Made by a program: the position numbers and the translations under genes. From positions 365,559 to 429,558 of the forward strand of contig NMRA01000260.1 of NCBI GenBank assembly GCA_002633005.1: DNA of 64,000 nt. Direction: 5' to 3'. Origin of the DNA: Phoronis australis. Its lineage: Eukaryota > Animalia > Phoronida. Positions 1-13,700 of the stretch are shown here, one piece after another; within the stretch, counting starts at the first letter, position 1, and the number at the start of each line of letters is the position of its first letter. The notes beneath the pieces were generated by a model. It was not told where the DNA came from. It searched no databases and was given only the letters and a program-made list of their open reading frames with translations.

Positions 1-2199
1 AGAACTTTATGAGCTTATTAAACTTGACAACAGGTGTCACTAAAAACTAGGTCACATCAGAACTCATGTTAGTAGTACTTAATATGTCTAATTGATATTA
101 AAATCGGCATTGGTATTATTAAAGGAACTTTTGATCTTTTGTTTGCTGCTCTTGGTCTGTCAAATGCTTTGGAGAAATTATGAGATGCATTGGTAGGAAA
201 GCTAAACTTTGAAGTGTCTAAGAAGTAGGTCACACCAGTGCAGTGTGCAGTTTTAAACCATATATAAATACCTCCAGCATGACCATGCTTATGGGTAGAC
301 ACAAAACAATGTCAATAACTGACATTCAACATTTGCGTCGAGTTTGGAATTTATAATGTGGAGAACACTGTTACTCAAGGAAGAGTGTAGTTTTTAATGA
401 CATTAATTTTGTGTCAGATTTTATCTTACCACTTTTCTACCCATATCGGTACAAAGCTGTATATTTAGTATATACAGCTTCGTACCAAGCCATGTCATCG
501 GAGTGATGGAAATTGTGATAGCTTGCTGCCGCTGGACAGTACGTTAGTAGACAGCGACCACCGTCTCTAGCTGGCTCAGTAGAGACAGTGTAGCCAAGCC
601 CGCGCTCGACTTTCATAGGTTTTGGCCAAAATGGCTATAGCACATGAAAACTTTGGCCATTTTCAAAATTATTAACATCTGTCACTTTTCACAACACCCG
701 CAATTGATAAAGATGCAGTTACACGGACCGGACTTTATTTTTCATGTTAGGCACGGGTCCTTTTCATAATGTATTAAAAGAAAAAAACAAGTGATCAGCA
801 CCCCAAGGTCCTGTAGCAAAAACACAAATGTTCGATTTCGGCTCTGACTGAGACTTAAGTTATGATACCACGCGAACACTATTTTCTAATGCACCTAGGG
901 GTGTGGGTGATTAACACACTAATGAGACCACAGATACACCAAACTCTAGCAAGTGTCTGACTTAAGTAGCTTTCAAATTAGATGTCATATTCCCTGGTGT
1001 GCGCAATGCATAAATGACCAGTCACCGATTTTGGGAACTGGACGAGGTCCTGGCACTAATCTGGCCACCTTAGCAAGGATGCCCAATGTATCGTTTGGAT
1101 GCTCACTGTCAATCACAACCTTTCAAGTTTGGACACACACATGGTATGATTACTAGGAAGCCTAGGCACACAGCTGAAGAGTGAAGTGAGCTCACAGTGT
1201 TGACTTTTCTTTCAAAGCAGAAAGAAAAATACAATGTATATACAATGTTGCCATGTTCAAACTAGGTTGAAAGCATTGAGTATCCATCACCTTTGAAGCA
1301 TTAGCACATCTTTGGTTCTCAACTGCAGCTCTGGTGGCTCATTTTACAGAATATTAAAGCTAGTTAAGATGATATAGTAAACTCATACCATCAATTCGAC
1401 TCTAGATCACCAAAAGCATAGTGCACTCTTCATTCAACCAATTTCTGTAATATTTGTATGGTAAGCTACTGGGCTGTTTTCGTAAATTTAGATGTAAAAG
1501 TCTTGGTCTGCACAGTTTTTTTTATTGAAGAAGCTCGCTATAGAGGACTGTTTTGTAAACTTAGATGTAAAAGCCATGGTCTACGCCTTTTTTGTAAACC
1601 TCGTGTGTGTGGGGGGGGTTACGCGTCGTCGGAATCATGGACGCCCTGGAATATTGGGAACCCCATTTTGGACATCCTATTTTCGAAATCTTGGATAAAG
1701 CCCTACTAGGGACTGCTCGAAGAAATGTTTGATAATGGGAGTATTTGTTAGAGTTGGAAGGACTTAAAGACATTGACAGCCTCTTGGAAGCACATTGGCA
1801 TTGGCATAATATAAAAGTTTAGAAATAATTTAAGATACAAAAACTTAAGTGCAGAACCATGTCTCCGGATCAACATGCCACATTATGAGTTATTTGACCC
1901 GGGAGTCATAAAAATAAGACCAAACATTAGTTCTTGTACCCCTGAAAAATTGGGAAGCCCATTTTGGGCGCCGTATTTTTGAAATCTTGAATGAATCCGT
2001 TCTTGACAGCCGACCATTCTTAGGGCCAGGTACCAACTTTTTTCACTGGCATGCTGGTTTACCCCATTCTTTTGTAAGAAGCTGCATTATTTTACTTCAG
2101 TTACCGATGAAAGTCTTAATATGCATACGGTTTAACCTGAATCTATTGGTCTTTTTTGTTCTTGTTTCTCTACATAATATATTACGTTATATTTTCCAG

Positions 2200-5100
2200 A
2201 AAACCGCTACTGCTGTCGCCCACTGCAAGAACGGTAATGGTTTGATCAAAGTCAATGGGCGACCCCTGGAGCTGATGGAACCTCAGATACTTCGTGAGAA
2301 GGTATGTCTGCTGCTTGGTCTGCGGGACCCATTAACTGCCTTAGTTTATTCAATCCTGACCTTGACATTGGCTTCGTACAGTTATAGCTCATCAAAACGG
2401 GAATTGTTAAGATTTTCATATTAGTCAAGTTGTTCACATAATTTGTTCACTGCAGTCTTGACAAGTTGTGGTAAGATGAGTGTTGTATGCTCACCATATA
2501 CTTACGTGTTATGGTTGACATTGATCCAGCTGTATCAGTGTTCTCCACAACCCAATTTGTTACGAGTGTGCAAGCATCAAGCTTCCACACTGTGTAAATG
2601 TATTTACAGTGCATTAATCTGTCTTGTTCACTGATAGACGTGCTCAGAAGTGCAGAAAAACATTTGTTCACGTTTTGTTTTCAAGCTGATGACTTGTTTA
2701 CGAAAAGAAGTCACAATTATTCCATTCACTAACAGTATTTAGTATTGATCTCCTCACTTGGAAACCAAAACATGGCTGGAATTTTCCTCTTTAAAGAAGA
2801 TATTCTCTTTTGGTTTCGATTTTCCTCTTATTTGATTTCCAGTCTCTTCATTTTGCGTCTCTTTTTTATCTTTATTTTAACTTAATTCGCACAAAAATGT
2901 TTATTTCTTTTACATTTTACAACACAAAAAGTGTTTTTGTCACACATATCTTTATTTGTGCAACTGCACTTCACCTGGAAATTTTCCTTTTTTTGTCATT
3001 TGTCATTCCAAGCCCTGAAGTCTATTTCTCAGCTGCAAATCATCTATCTTTAGCTTCTTTTAAAACTTTTCAATTGTGAAGCATACCTGATCTATCACAT
3101 TTGATGGCACTGTATCTGCAATAATTCTTAATTATCAATTAAAACAAGTACCAAATAAAATCCTTTTTGATTTTTTCAAATGTAGTTTTTTTGTTATTTT
3201 CTCAGCTTCTAGAGCCAGTCAATCTTCTGGGTCGTGACAGATTTGCTGGCGTCGACATCAAAGTGCGAGTAAAGGGTGGTGGTCATGTAGCACAGATCTA
3301 TGGTAAGTGGTTACAAGACCTTGGCCATGATTAGGTCAGCTGGAAATATGACTAAACCTGAGATTCAAACTTTGTCTTCTTGAGTTGAAGTGTGTGTTTG
3401 ATGATTGGATCCTGGGTACTAATTATAAAATCAAAGTGGACCTAATCTAATTATGTAGATTGATCAGTGCATATCCATCTAGCCTCCAAAAATTCTGGCA
3501 ATGGTCAATCCTGCCAAATGAGTGTTATCCCAGTGGACAAGAGTAATCTTGAGGATTTTTATGTGCTCATATATGGACACATTGTGCCGTCATCCGTAGT
3601 CGTCCATCTGACTTCTATTGCTCTAAAATCCTTTGACGTATGTTCATGATGTTTTGCACATATGTTCCTGTCATGGATCGGACAGCAGGTGCGAAATTTT
3701 TGTATGGATCTGAATACTGGCGTGCCCCCTAATGGCAGTTATAGTGTTTTTGTAAGGTAACCTCTGTATCTTCAAAGGTCCTCTTCATATTTTCATAAAA
3801 TTCGGAATATATGCATCTATTGGCGAGATGATGCTATCCTCCTGTTTTCGGATAGATTCAAGGTATTTTGTGCCACCTAGTGGTTATTTTTGCCGTTTTC
3901 AAGTCTGTTTTTGGCATCCGTCCCTCTATCAACCAAACGATTCTAAGGATGATTTTGAAAATTGGCGTATATGTTTTGTGTGAAGACAGTGATTGAGGAT
4001 GACAACTGCTACTAGTGTGGCACCTCCTAGTGGCAGTTTTGTTGCGCCTACAGCTGTATCTCTTAAACTCACTTCATTTATATAAAGTTAACAACAGACG
4101 ACTACTCGGACGTGTCCTACAAACGTTGTGCGTTTTTTGGCAATTTCCTGGACAGATTTTTTGAAATTTGTAGCATAGCTTTCTATTAAAGACCGGATGT
4201 CATGCCTCCGATTTCAGGTAGATTTGACGTATTGTGCCATCTAGTGGCCATTTTTATGATACAAATAAACAACCCTAGAAGCACATCGTTGATGGTGGGT
4301 TTTCGGGAGCATTTCAATGCTCTGCATTGTTCTTGGTTATCCGATTTGGTGTACAAGTAGTTGACGTGTTTCATTCAAATATCCAAAACCAATGCTCAGT
4401 CTTACAGGCCATGTTACCTGTCAGGAGACCATCTGGTTCATAACCACTGGACATCAGGCAAAGGCTGCTGATATCGACCAGCTATTTGACACGGGCTGGT
4501 TGATGTTAGACAGCATTACGCATTGATCTGCTGACATGTTGCTACTGAGAAATAAGCTCGGCATATGAAATTCTTTTTGCGTTGTTCACTGATTGTTGAT
4601 TTTTTACGTGGACACTACTGAAAATTGGCTCATAGGACCATTTTATGCCTGTTAGCTAATCGGATCTGAGCGCAAGCCTTTTTGTGATTCAAGTGTGAAT
4701 AAGGATGAGAATGGCTTGCTACAATAAACTGCAAATTACTGTGATGTTATTATTAGAACCTAGTGAGTACAACTGTTTGTATTCTTGGTGCATTCTCCCC
4801 TTCAGTTAATCAAATCCAAGGTGACGTCTCAGAAAGTTAGTTTCGTTTCACCACGAAAGTTCTAAGATAGTTATGTAGTTCATCAGTATTTTTAGTTTAG
4901 TTCTGCAGCACCTGGAGTGTGTTGATTGTGAACCAATGAAATGTTATGTTAAACAGGGCTTGGAATTTTCCTCAGAAACGCGGATTTCCGCTTTATTCAA
5001 ATGTTCTGTCCGCATATTTTATTATATTTCCACGTAAAAAAATCGGATTTGATAAAAAATTTCCACGGCAAATTTCTTTCTTACCGCGGCGTTGCCGACG

Positions 5101-6218
5101 ACTTTCACCTCGAAAAGCAGAAGTTGCTCTTTATGTTTCGGAAGAACGTAAATTGTCATCATTGCTGGGGCACCTGGGATAGCGTGGTATTCTTGAATGG
5201 CTATCTCGTCAGATTGTAAATTGCGGTGACAAATGCTACGACTCTGCAGCCAAAAATGTGTGGAGGTGGACGTGGGAGTGGACGGACGAGCTAAAAAGAT
5301 GCAGACGCACGCTTCTGGAGGTGGTACCCTTTTTTTAGTCCTGATGTTTTGTCAGCAAAAGGTCCACATCGGCAAAAGTTTGAGCCCTCAACATTTTCAA
5401 GGCTGGGTGCGCGCATGTTTAGGGCCGTAAATATTTCAGCTTTTTTTGTCATGGGTCATTCCAACCCCTGGTTAAAGACTACCTATTACTAATTGTTTTG
5501 CATTTTTTTCAGCTATCCGCCAAGCCATCTCCAAAAGCTTAGTGGCTTACTACCAAAAGTGTAAGTGTCTTCAACTGTCTGTTGACATTAAAAAGCAGTA
5601 GCTTACAAACAATGTAGCAGGAAGCCTTGTGATGTTTAAGTCATGTAATTAGCTTATGAATTTCCATGATTCAAATTAACAACTGAAGGCTCCTGTTCAT
5701 ATTGGTGTCTAGCTGTTATAGCCGCGGGATATACGTGTCATACTGCAGTGAAGTTAAATCCCCATGTAACACATTGAGAGGAAGCAAGAAGTGCAAGCAT
5801 TTTAATAGCTGAATTCAAAGTTACAGAGGTGTGTTGAAGCCTATTTCATAGCAAAAGGTTTCTGCATGTATTCACATGCTTTTTTCTAAAAATCCATTTT
5901 TACTCTTACTTAAAGTTGAACTTATAAGTAAAGTGTTAGTTTTGACCTATCTTTTTGTTATCTACAGAAAACTTAATAGTTCAGATAATCTAAAGATTTC
6001 CCAGAACTAGCCTTGAGCACTCCCGTCATGTCTCTGTGTGGAATTGTAACTTTATCATCTGTATTGTTTCAGATGTGGATGAAGCCTCCAAAAAGGAAAT
6101 CCGAGACATACTTGCCCAGTATGACAAGTCTTTATTAGTTGCTGATCCCAGGAGGTGTGAACCAAAGAAGTTTGGTGGTCCAGGCGCTCGTGCACGCTAC
6201 CAGAAATCTTACCGTTAA
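2200..6218 (+). CDS. RPS16: 40S ribosomal protein S16, partial. Exons 2200-2301, 3206-3302, 5513-5560, 6073-6218; first coding exon not found, probably upstream of the window.
   Basis: Spliced translation [34 protein letters not shown]|[32 protein letters not shown]|[16 protein letters not shown]|[48 protein letters not shown] matches uS9/RPS16. All introns are GT-AG with matching phases; AATAAA at 6252-6257. Confidence 0.98.
3559..4338 (+). mobile_element. Degenerate HINE (non-autonomous Helentron, family A) in RPS16 intron
   Basis: 5' end ttatgtgctcatatatggacacattgtgccgtcatc and 3' end gagcatttcaatgctctgcattgttcttg resemble the intact copy at 30536-32013; ~150-bp central repeats contain cctagtgg motifs. 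Confidence 0.75.
5618..5695 (+). ncRNA. Candidate intronic box C/D snoRNA
   Basis: Terminal stem caggaagcct/aggctcctg, box C variant GTGATGT (5629-5635), box D CTGA (5683-5686), possible internal D'/C' (atga...atgatt). It sits in a ribosomal protein intron, a typical snoRNA host site. Confidence 0.4.
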
Positions 6219-6382
6219 TTTCGATGTGCACTTAATGTCTTATGTACATAAAATAAAAAATTATAAAAAATTGATAACTGACCTTTGCTTCAAAACGCAT
6301 CAAATTCAACTCTCCATGTCTACTCAAAAATTGTGCTTCTCATGACTTTTAAGTGACAATGTGCATCTTGGAAACCCATAGT

Positions 6383-8040
6383 TTATGTTCCCACATTTTT
6401 ATATGTGGATGCATTATGCTGTCATCCCTGTCTGCTGCTCTGTTTCCAAAACCCTGTAATGTATGTTCATGAAACTGTACAAATGTTGATGGTATGAGCA
6501 ATTTTCCCAACAGATTTGACTGCCGGTTTGATCTCTAGTGGCAATTGCAGTTTTTTACGTAAGCCTCGGTATCTTCAAAGGTCCTCAGCAGATTTTCATA
6601 AAATTTGGAAATAAGCATCTATTGGTGAGGTGATGCTACCATCCCTCTATCAGGGCTGTTCCAGCAAAATCTGTGTGGGAGGGGGGGAAGGCAACTGAAA
6701 TAAAAATTTATGGGTGGTTGCGTTTGATTTAAATTCAAAATGGCTGGTGGTCGTACTTGAAAAAAAATAAAATTTACAGGTCGTTGTTGTTTCATTGGGC
6801 CATAAATGTTTGATGGTGGGTAATTTTAGTAAATTTTATAAACAATCTGCACAGAATCAAAAACTGAAACAAAAATGCAACTTGCAAAGAGCTCCGACTT
6901 TTTCACTCCCTCTGATCTCATCGGCATGCCCATAACACAATTTAACCACAGATGCTCGAATTTCTCGATGGCTAATAACCATATATAAGAAACATATGTT
7001 TTCTTAGTAATGAATGACGTTAGTGGTGATGGAGGAACAGATAAACTCAAGCGCCTGTGCAGTCGACCACAAAAACAAAAAAAATTACGGGTGGTTGCAT
7101 TTCAAACTTATAAAAAATTACGGGTGGTAGGCTGAAGAAATAAATGAAAATTATGAGTGGTGGGTGCGAAAAAAAGGTGCCTTCCCCCCCTCCCATACAG
7201 ATTTTACTGGAACAGCCCTCATCCAAATCACTGTTATGTATCAGTGAAAATGCCGTATGTTTCAACTGTGAGGAGGACGGCAGACAATGATTTTTTACTA
7301 CCATGGCGCCTTCTAGTGGCAAACCCTCTGCTGCATCTTTATTAAATTTAGCAATTGGTGTACTTTTATGAAGTTGACCTCGACAACTAATGGACAGATT
7401 TAATTGTTTCTGTTTCTCTGTCAGAAGTAACTTCACACATTTTTGTGACCTTTGGTAAACGACCGTTGACATGTTTCCATTTTTGCTGTTATCTAGTCTG
7501 CCCCTCTGTCAACCAAATCACTAAGGATGATTTTGAAAATTGGCGTTGGTGTTTCTACTGTGCAGTGGTTGGCTGATGATGATTTTATGTAGTCTCGGAC
7601 TATTGTGGCACAACCTAGTGGCAGTTTTGTTTGTAAATGGCCACATCTGCCAAACAATATACAGGGTCTTTATTAAATTAGCAAGTGAATTTATATGAAG
7701 TTGGCAGTGGACAGCGATGACATTTGGACATTCTTTGTATCTTTGAAACTGCGGCAGATTTTTATGAAGTTAAATGAATAGGTTCTATTAAAGAGTCTAC
7801 ATGTTCCTGTTTTTGGTAGAGACAACGTATAGAGACTCAGAAATTTTGCAAATAGACATGCATTACGGAGTCGAAGACACTCTCGATGATATTGTCAACT
7901 GCTCTGGCACCCCCTATTGGCAATTTTTTATGTCCATGGCTGCATGTTCCTTTACCTTTTGCAAGATCTTTGAAAGTTAGCAAATGTGTTCCTATGAAGA
8001 TGAGAACATATGACGGCGAGTTTCGTACCAATCCAACCTT
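6383..8040 (+). mobile_element. Old HINE family A copy interrupted by a MITE; 3' end not resolved
   Basis: Starts ttatgttcccacatttttatatgtggatgcattatgctgtcatc, followed by degenerate central repeats with ctagtggc motifs. Confidence 0.65.
6653..7218. mobile_element. PIF/Harbinger-like MITE
   Basis: ~40-bp TIRs gggctgttccagcaaaatctgtgtgggagggggggaaggca / tgccttccccccctcccatacagattttactggaacagccc; 3-bp TSD TCA on both sides; subterminal aaaattacgggtggt repeats. Confidence 0.8.
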
Positions 8041-10715
8041 TAAAATTGATCTTTACTTCATACCAATCTACGGGGTTGTGTGCACATGTCTTTGTGATAA
8101 ACATTAGCAAAAAAAAAAGAAAGGTACCGTACATCTGTAACAAAACTATGGTATCAATGGTATGTATGATCAATGTAAGTGTTCAAAATGTCTCAAAAAT
8201 GATGCTACAGTTTTCTAAATTATGATTTCGTTTTATTCAAGTTGTTTTTGATTAGTAAAAATCAGGGCTGGGTTGCATAAAACTTCAAAATTATCTGCTG
8301 AATAAGTTTGATTGTTGCATAACGTCAGGTGCATTGTTCAATAATAACGTGGTGCATGATGATGCGACGTCATTGTTGCCATACGGTGTATAACTTTTAC
8401 GCAACTAGGCCTTGAAGTCTCATTTTTGATGGCCATTCATGCTCGAGTGGAAAATTATAAAAACGATTCCTAACAGCATTTCGGAGAACACTGCTTAAAT
8501 CATGGTATCTGACTTTCATACTGCATCCGATTAACAAGTTCTGAAATATGACGTTCCGACTTTTTTCAAGGGTCCAACATAACCAAAAAGAGGTTAAAAA
8601 CCCTCACTAACTTTTGACACAGGTCACTTTCCGTAGTAAAGCAGTTAATCTATTTCTGACAAGTGACTTTTGGTCTTGCAAATAACTGAGAGTTTGATCA
8701 GTATTGCTCACAACTATGCTCGGCAAATAAATGACACGCAATAACAAGTAAATTTTGTAGGGAGCCGGATCTCAGGCAATAATGAACACCAAGGTATTTC
8801 GAAGCCCAACGTGACATCTGTTTTGACTATGGATTAGTTTGAGACCTATTTCACGGAAGTTGTGGAAGTCAAAATTATTTGTCCTTATGCTGGAAGGTGG
8901 GGTTGCTGTATCCCCACTTAAGACCAATCATAGTGCAAAGTGTTCATACACTTAGTAAAAATGTCACATACATTTTAGTGAAACAGCCTCTGTAGAATTA
9001 CCGCGTTTCCAATTGTGCTAGAGTAAACAAACGTTTCACTAAGGGATTGGGAGTTAGTTGCAACTTGGTTTGGAGATCTACACAAACTTACATTACCGGT
9101 AATTGTCTTGAACGCAAGACCAAATTTCTGACTTAATTCTCACTTATTTTCATGAAACAGATCCCTGGTTTGTGCTTGCTGGCTTATAACATTTCATAAG
9201 TCTCAAACCAAGTGCCCTATATATTCAAATTCCTTTGGTCACAATGAACATTTGTCTCGGGTAGATTCATTATTAATATACTTTGACTGTATTTCAAATT
9301 TACATTAACCCCCACTCCAGTTGAAATTATGAATAGAATACCTATGAACAACACTACCATACCAGACGAGGATCGACACAAGGTCTAGACCTGCCTGGGT
9401 CAATTCTACTGTAATGAAGGAACCTGTGGGAAAATCCTGGACGTGCGGCTGCATACCTGATGTTAACATGCTACAGATAGTGAAAGAGTACTGAGAGAAT
9501 ATTTTAACGTTTATTTAGCAGGGATCCAAACTTAATAGTGGACAAGATCCATCAACAATTTATACATTTCTCAACTCCAAGCAATTAAGCACTGAGAATC
9601 AAAATCACTGCATCCTACACATATATTAGCCACTGGTAAAAGTGTGCCTGAATACACGATAATTGCACATTCTATGACTTAACAATTAGCAAACCCCATG
9701 CAGACACTTGTACACAAGGTGAACCACATCTGATTGGCTTGCTTAGCGCTAGAATTTTCCCATTCAGCCTGGATAGCCACTCAGTTGAATAACAGATGAT
9801 AAATCTAATGTACATTTAATGACAAAAGTTACTTCTGAAAAAACTTGTTTCAGCAGGGCATCGTTAATTTCTGAGATTCCGACAAGTCGGACCTCACACA
9901 TAATGTTGAAGGTACCAATTACCGACTTTGGGGTCAGGTGAAGAAAAGTGCTAATGATCATCAACTACTTAGACCAGAAGAGAGCAAATAAAGGTTAACT
10001 GGAATGATGCTGGATCAAACAAAATTAAAAGGAAAACCGAAAGTTTGGTGTAATTTTCAAAGCACTGTTGTGTGCATGGAATAATAATCACCTGATTAAA
10101 TACAATGTGATATACAAATGTGCTGAACACAAAAATTTCCAAGATGAGCACACGTGTAACTTAAAAACAAGAACAAGCTTTTTCATGCTGATATCCTTGT
10201 AATTAAACTTTAAATAAGTTAGTTGACCAATCACACAAGTCCCAGCTATATAAAAGGCACTGTTATTCCTGCTAGTTGTCACTCCTGATGGAGAAACAAG
10301 CATGAGTTTTGAAACATTGAAAACAATTTATTACTACATAGTGTAAACCGAAAAAAAAAGAAACTTTCTCAAATCCTTGTAAATAATTGTCTACAGCAGA
10401 CTCTCAGTAGCTGAACTACTGAAAACATATGTACAATTGCTCATATGGAACCTCATTATGTAAACAATAAAGAGATCATCATCTGTACAGCAACATCTGT
10501 TAACAAAACAACATTGTTCGACTTCCACATGATTTTACTATATTTGTCCATAACAAACACTTTCCTTAAGCCATATGGTCCAATGGAGGAGGCAGTGTGA
10601 CCTATAAATGTTCCGATAAAGTTTCACGGAAAATTTGCTTTCCTTAATCTAGACAAAAAAGCATGGAATACAATCCATTATCACATTAAAGACAATAAAT
10701 ACACAGTGTCCATCT

Positions 10716-13700
10716 TCACTGCAAAAGTGCCTTCATTTCTGAGTCTTCTGCACAGTCTGCATAGGAAGAGCCATCCGGCGCTTTCCCATTTTTATCTGCA
10801 CCCTGAAAAATATTTTTGAATAAATAAGCATATTAAGGGAAGGCTTAGCTAGGCTCACGCTAGCCGCTCACCAGCTCGCCATTGACAATTTCTGAGTGGC
10901 AATGGCGATGGCAGAGCCAAGTACATTTGCCAGCTTGGCAATTGCTTTCACAACTTAACGGGAAACCTACTGGTATGTCGACTCAAAGTCACCTCGAATT
11001 AAGTAGTGCTGCAAACGACATTCTTACTTCGATTCGGAGTCTTGAAAGTAGCAAGCGAATGTGTACAATTTGTCACGTCAAATATTGTTTTGAGACTGGA
11101 CACTGACAGGTTTTCGTTGCATGGAGTAAAAGGCGCAGACGATGACAGAGAGAATGAGTTTGTTGTTTCTTTTTAAATCATACATAGTGAGCCATTTAAC
11201 TGTCGCAAGTGTAAAAACAGGGTACTCGATTATCCGAGAGGAAAAGTGCCTTTGTCTTTTGAGAGGGTTTTTTTGGGGCGAGTGGAAAATTCTACCTCGC
11301 GATCACCATCAGTAGCATCCGCCACCCTCATAGGCTCAGCCACAAGTAACCAAAAGTAACCTTTTGTGCTCTTTCAAATTGTGACCTATGTGAGTACGAA
11401 ATTATTTGACCCTCGAGGGGAAATTTTGGGCTTCGTGAGGAGAATTTTGCGTGATTATTCAATATCTTTCAGAGGGGAATGGGGTCGATATTCTGCCCCG
11501 AAATCAAGGGATCGAAGGCCCTGAAAAAGTTATTAAGAGACTGAGACGCATTTGCATTTCACCAGGTGGGGGCTGAAAGAAAGCAAGGAAAAGTAAATAT
11601 CAATTTGTTTCTTAATGAGTTTTATATTCAATACTCTGCTTTATTTTGCAAGTCACATGATATTTTTTGGACCTAAATGTCTTGCTCATCAAAATGCCCA
11701 CGTTGGCCGGCGTACGCTGTACCCCCGCCGTAACCTGGGGATAGGGGGAACCCCTGCCCAATTATTTTTAAGGTCAACATCATTTAAATGCCCATGTGGC
11801 CGGCATACACACGCACTAACTCGGGTATAGGGGAAACCCTGCGAAAACTTTTTAGGTCATAATGAAACCCATGTTGGCTGACATCCCGTTTAACTTATTA
11901 GGTTACAATATGATTTTGGAATGTTGATCATTTGTTTTATGTTCTTAAGGCAAACGTCTTTTATTACTCAGCGCGTGTAATTACTCTGCGCGTGTAAGCG
12001 CAGAGTACTGTTGTTCCTGGGTTTTCTTCAATTTTATTCTTCTTATTCTTATTCTTATTCTTATTCTTCTTCCGACCAACTTTGAGGCTTAATAACTCCA
12101 TGACTTTTGACAGTATATAAATTTTGATTGGTTATATAACCATATTCCATATTGCACCGGAAGAGGTCGTTTGGTGCAAAGGTCGTATAATTTTCAAAAT
12201 GCTACTACTCCTCCTTCAGTTTTAAAGCTATCTTTTTCAAATTCGGTGCACAGGTATGAGTCAACATGACAATTTAAAAAATTACTTTTCTAAGTAATCG
12301 GGTCATCCAATCAGGTGAAATAGGTCAAAGGTCATTAGGTGCAAACTAAAATTTTGATCTAGACACTTCAAATTTACAGGTCTGATTGCCACAGGTAAAT
12401 CAAATTGGAATCCAAAGTTTCAGGTCATTTAGTGCAAACATGGGGTCATTAGGTGCATTTTTCTTCTGAAAATTTGACCTTTTCAATCAGCAAGTATTCT
12501 GATGTGTAGACCGTTAGACAACTGTGATTCTCAGCGTTAAACACATTTTCCATGGGCTTTGCAATAATTCTCCTAAAGATGCTTAAAATGCACCGGATAA
12601 GGGCAATTAGTGCAAAGGTCATCTAACGTTCAAAATCTTATATCTTACGTTTTTCAAGGAATTCTTTTCAATTTCAGCACACTAGTGTAAGTCAACATGG
12701 CAATTGAAAAACCTACTTAACTACGCAATAGGCCCAACCAATCAGAAAAAATAGGTCAAAGGTCATTGAGTGCAAAATTAAAATTTTGAGCTAGAGACTT
12801 CAAAATTATATATCTGTTTACTAAATGCGATTGAGTTTGAATTTTCAATTTTTGGGTCATTTGGTGCACCCATGGGGTCATTAGGTGCATTTTTCTTCTG
12901 AAAGTTTGACCAATTCATTCATGTTGTATTCTTAAGTGCTTAAAGTAAAACATCTGTGATTCTTAGCATTAACCACACTTTAAATTGGTTTCATCGGGGT
13001 TCACAATGCACCGGAAGAGGTCAGTTAGTGGAAAGGTCATCAAAATTTTAACATGTAATTTCTCCTACAATTTTAAAGAATTCCTTTTCATATTGGTAAC
13101 CGGGTTGCTGTCAGTAACTTCCCATAACTATTCCTTTAATACGCACGCGCAGAGTCCATTATTGTCACGCTGTGACAATAATCTTTCTAGTTATAGTGCA
13201 TTTATGAAAAATAAAAAGTTCCGTCCGTGTAACTGTTTCTATCAATTGCGGGGGGTTGGGAAAAGAGAAAGTATTTGGCTAATAATTTTTGAAAATGGCT
13301 AAAAGTTTTCAGAATCTTTAGCCATTTTGTCTAACACTTTTAAAAGGCTAACACAAGCATAGCTCGAGTCTTTTGTGTCTGCTAGAACCAACTGTATTAA
13401 TATACCATATATTGTCAGAGAACAAAACATCAATGAATTCTGTGAAATGGAATGGAATTTGCCACAAAAGACATAAATTTGGTGGTAGGCTACTACTATT
13501 CTCTCATATTTGCTGTACATATGCATATATAATCGCATAATGTTTTTTTTTTCAAAGAAAATTGCTTATAAAAGATTTCCGCACATGGGCGCATACAAGA
13601 CCATTGCAAGACAGGGTTTTTAATATTTACATATTTGCAAAGGATGAACAAAACTAGTGCATTATTAATTGAACCATACCTGGAGGGAAATTAAGACATG

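Noticed and set aside
1141-1180. Possible C/D snoRNA (atgatta...ctga) in RPS16 intron 1
   Set aside because: Too short, no terminal stem, and the apparent rRNA complementarity is gapped.
1987-2424. 145-aa ORF as a stand-alone gene
   Set aside because: Only 2200-2301 is an RPS16 exon; the rest is intron read-through.
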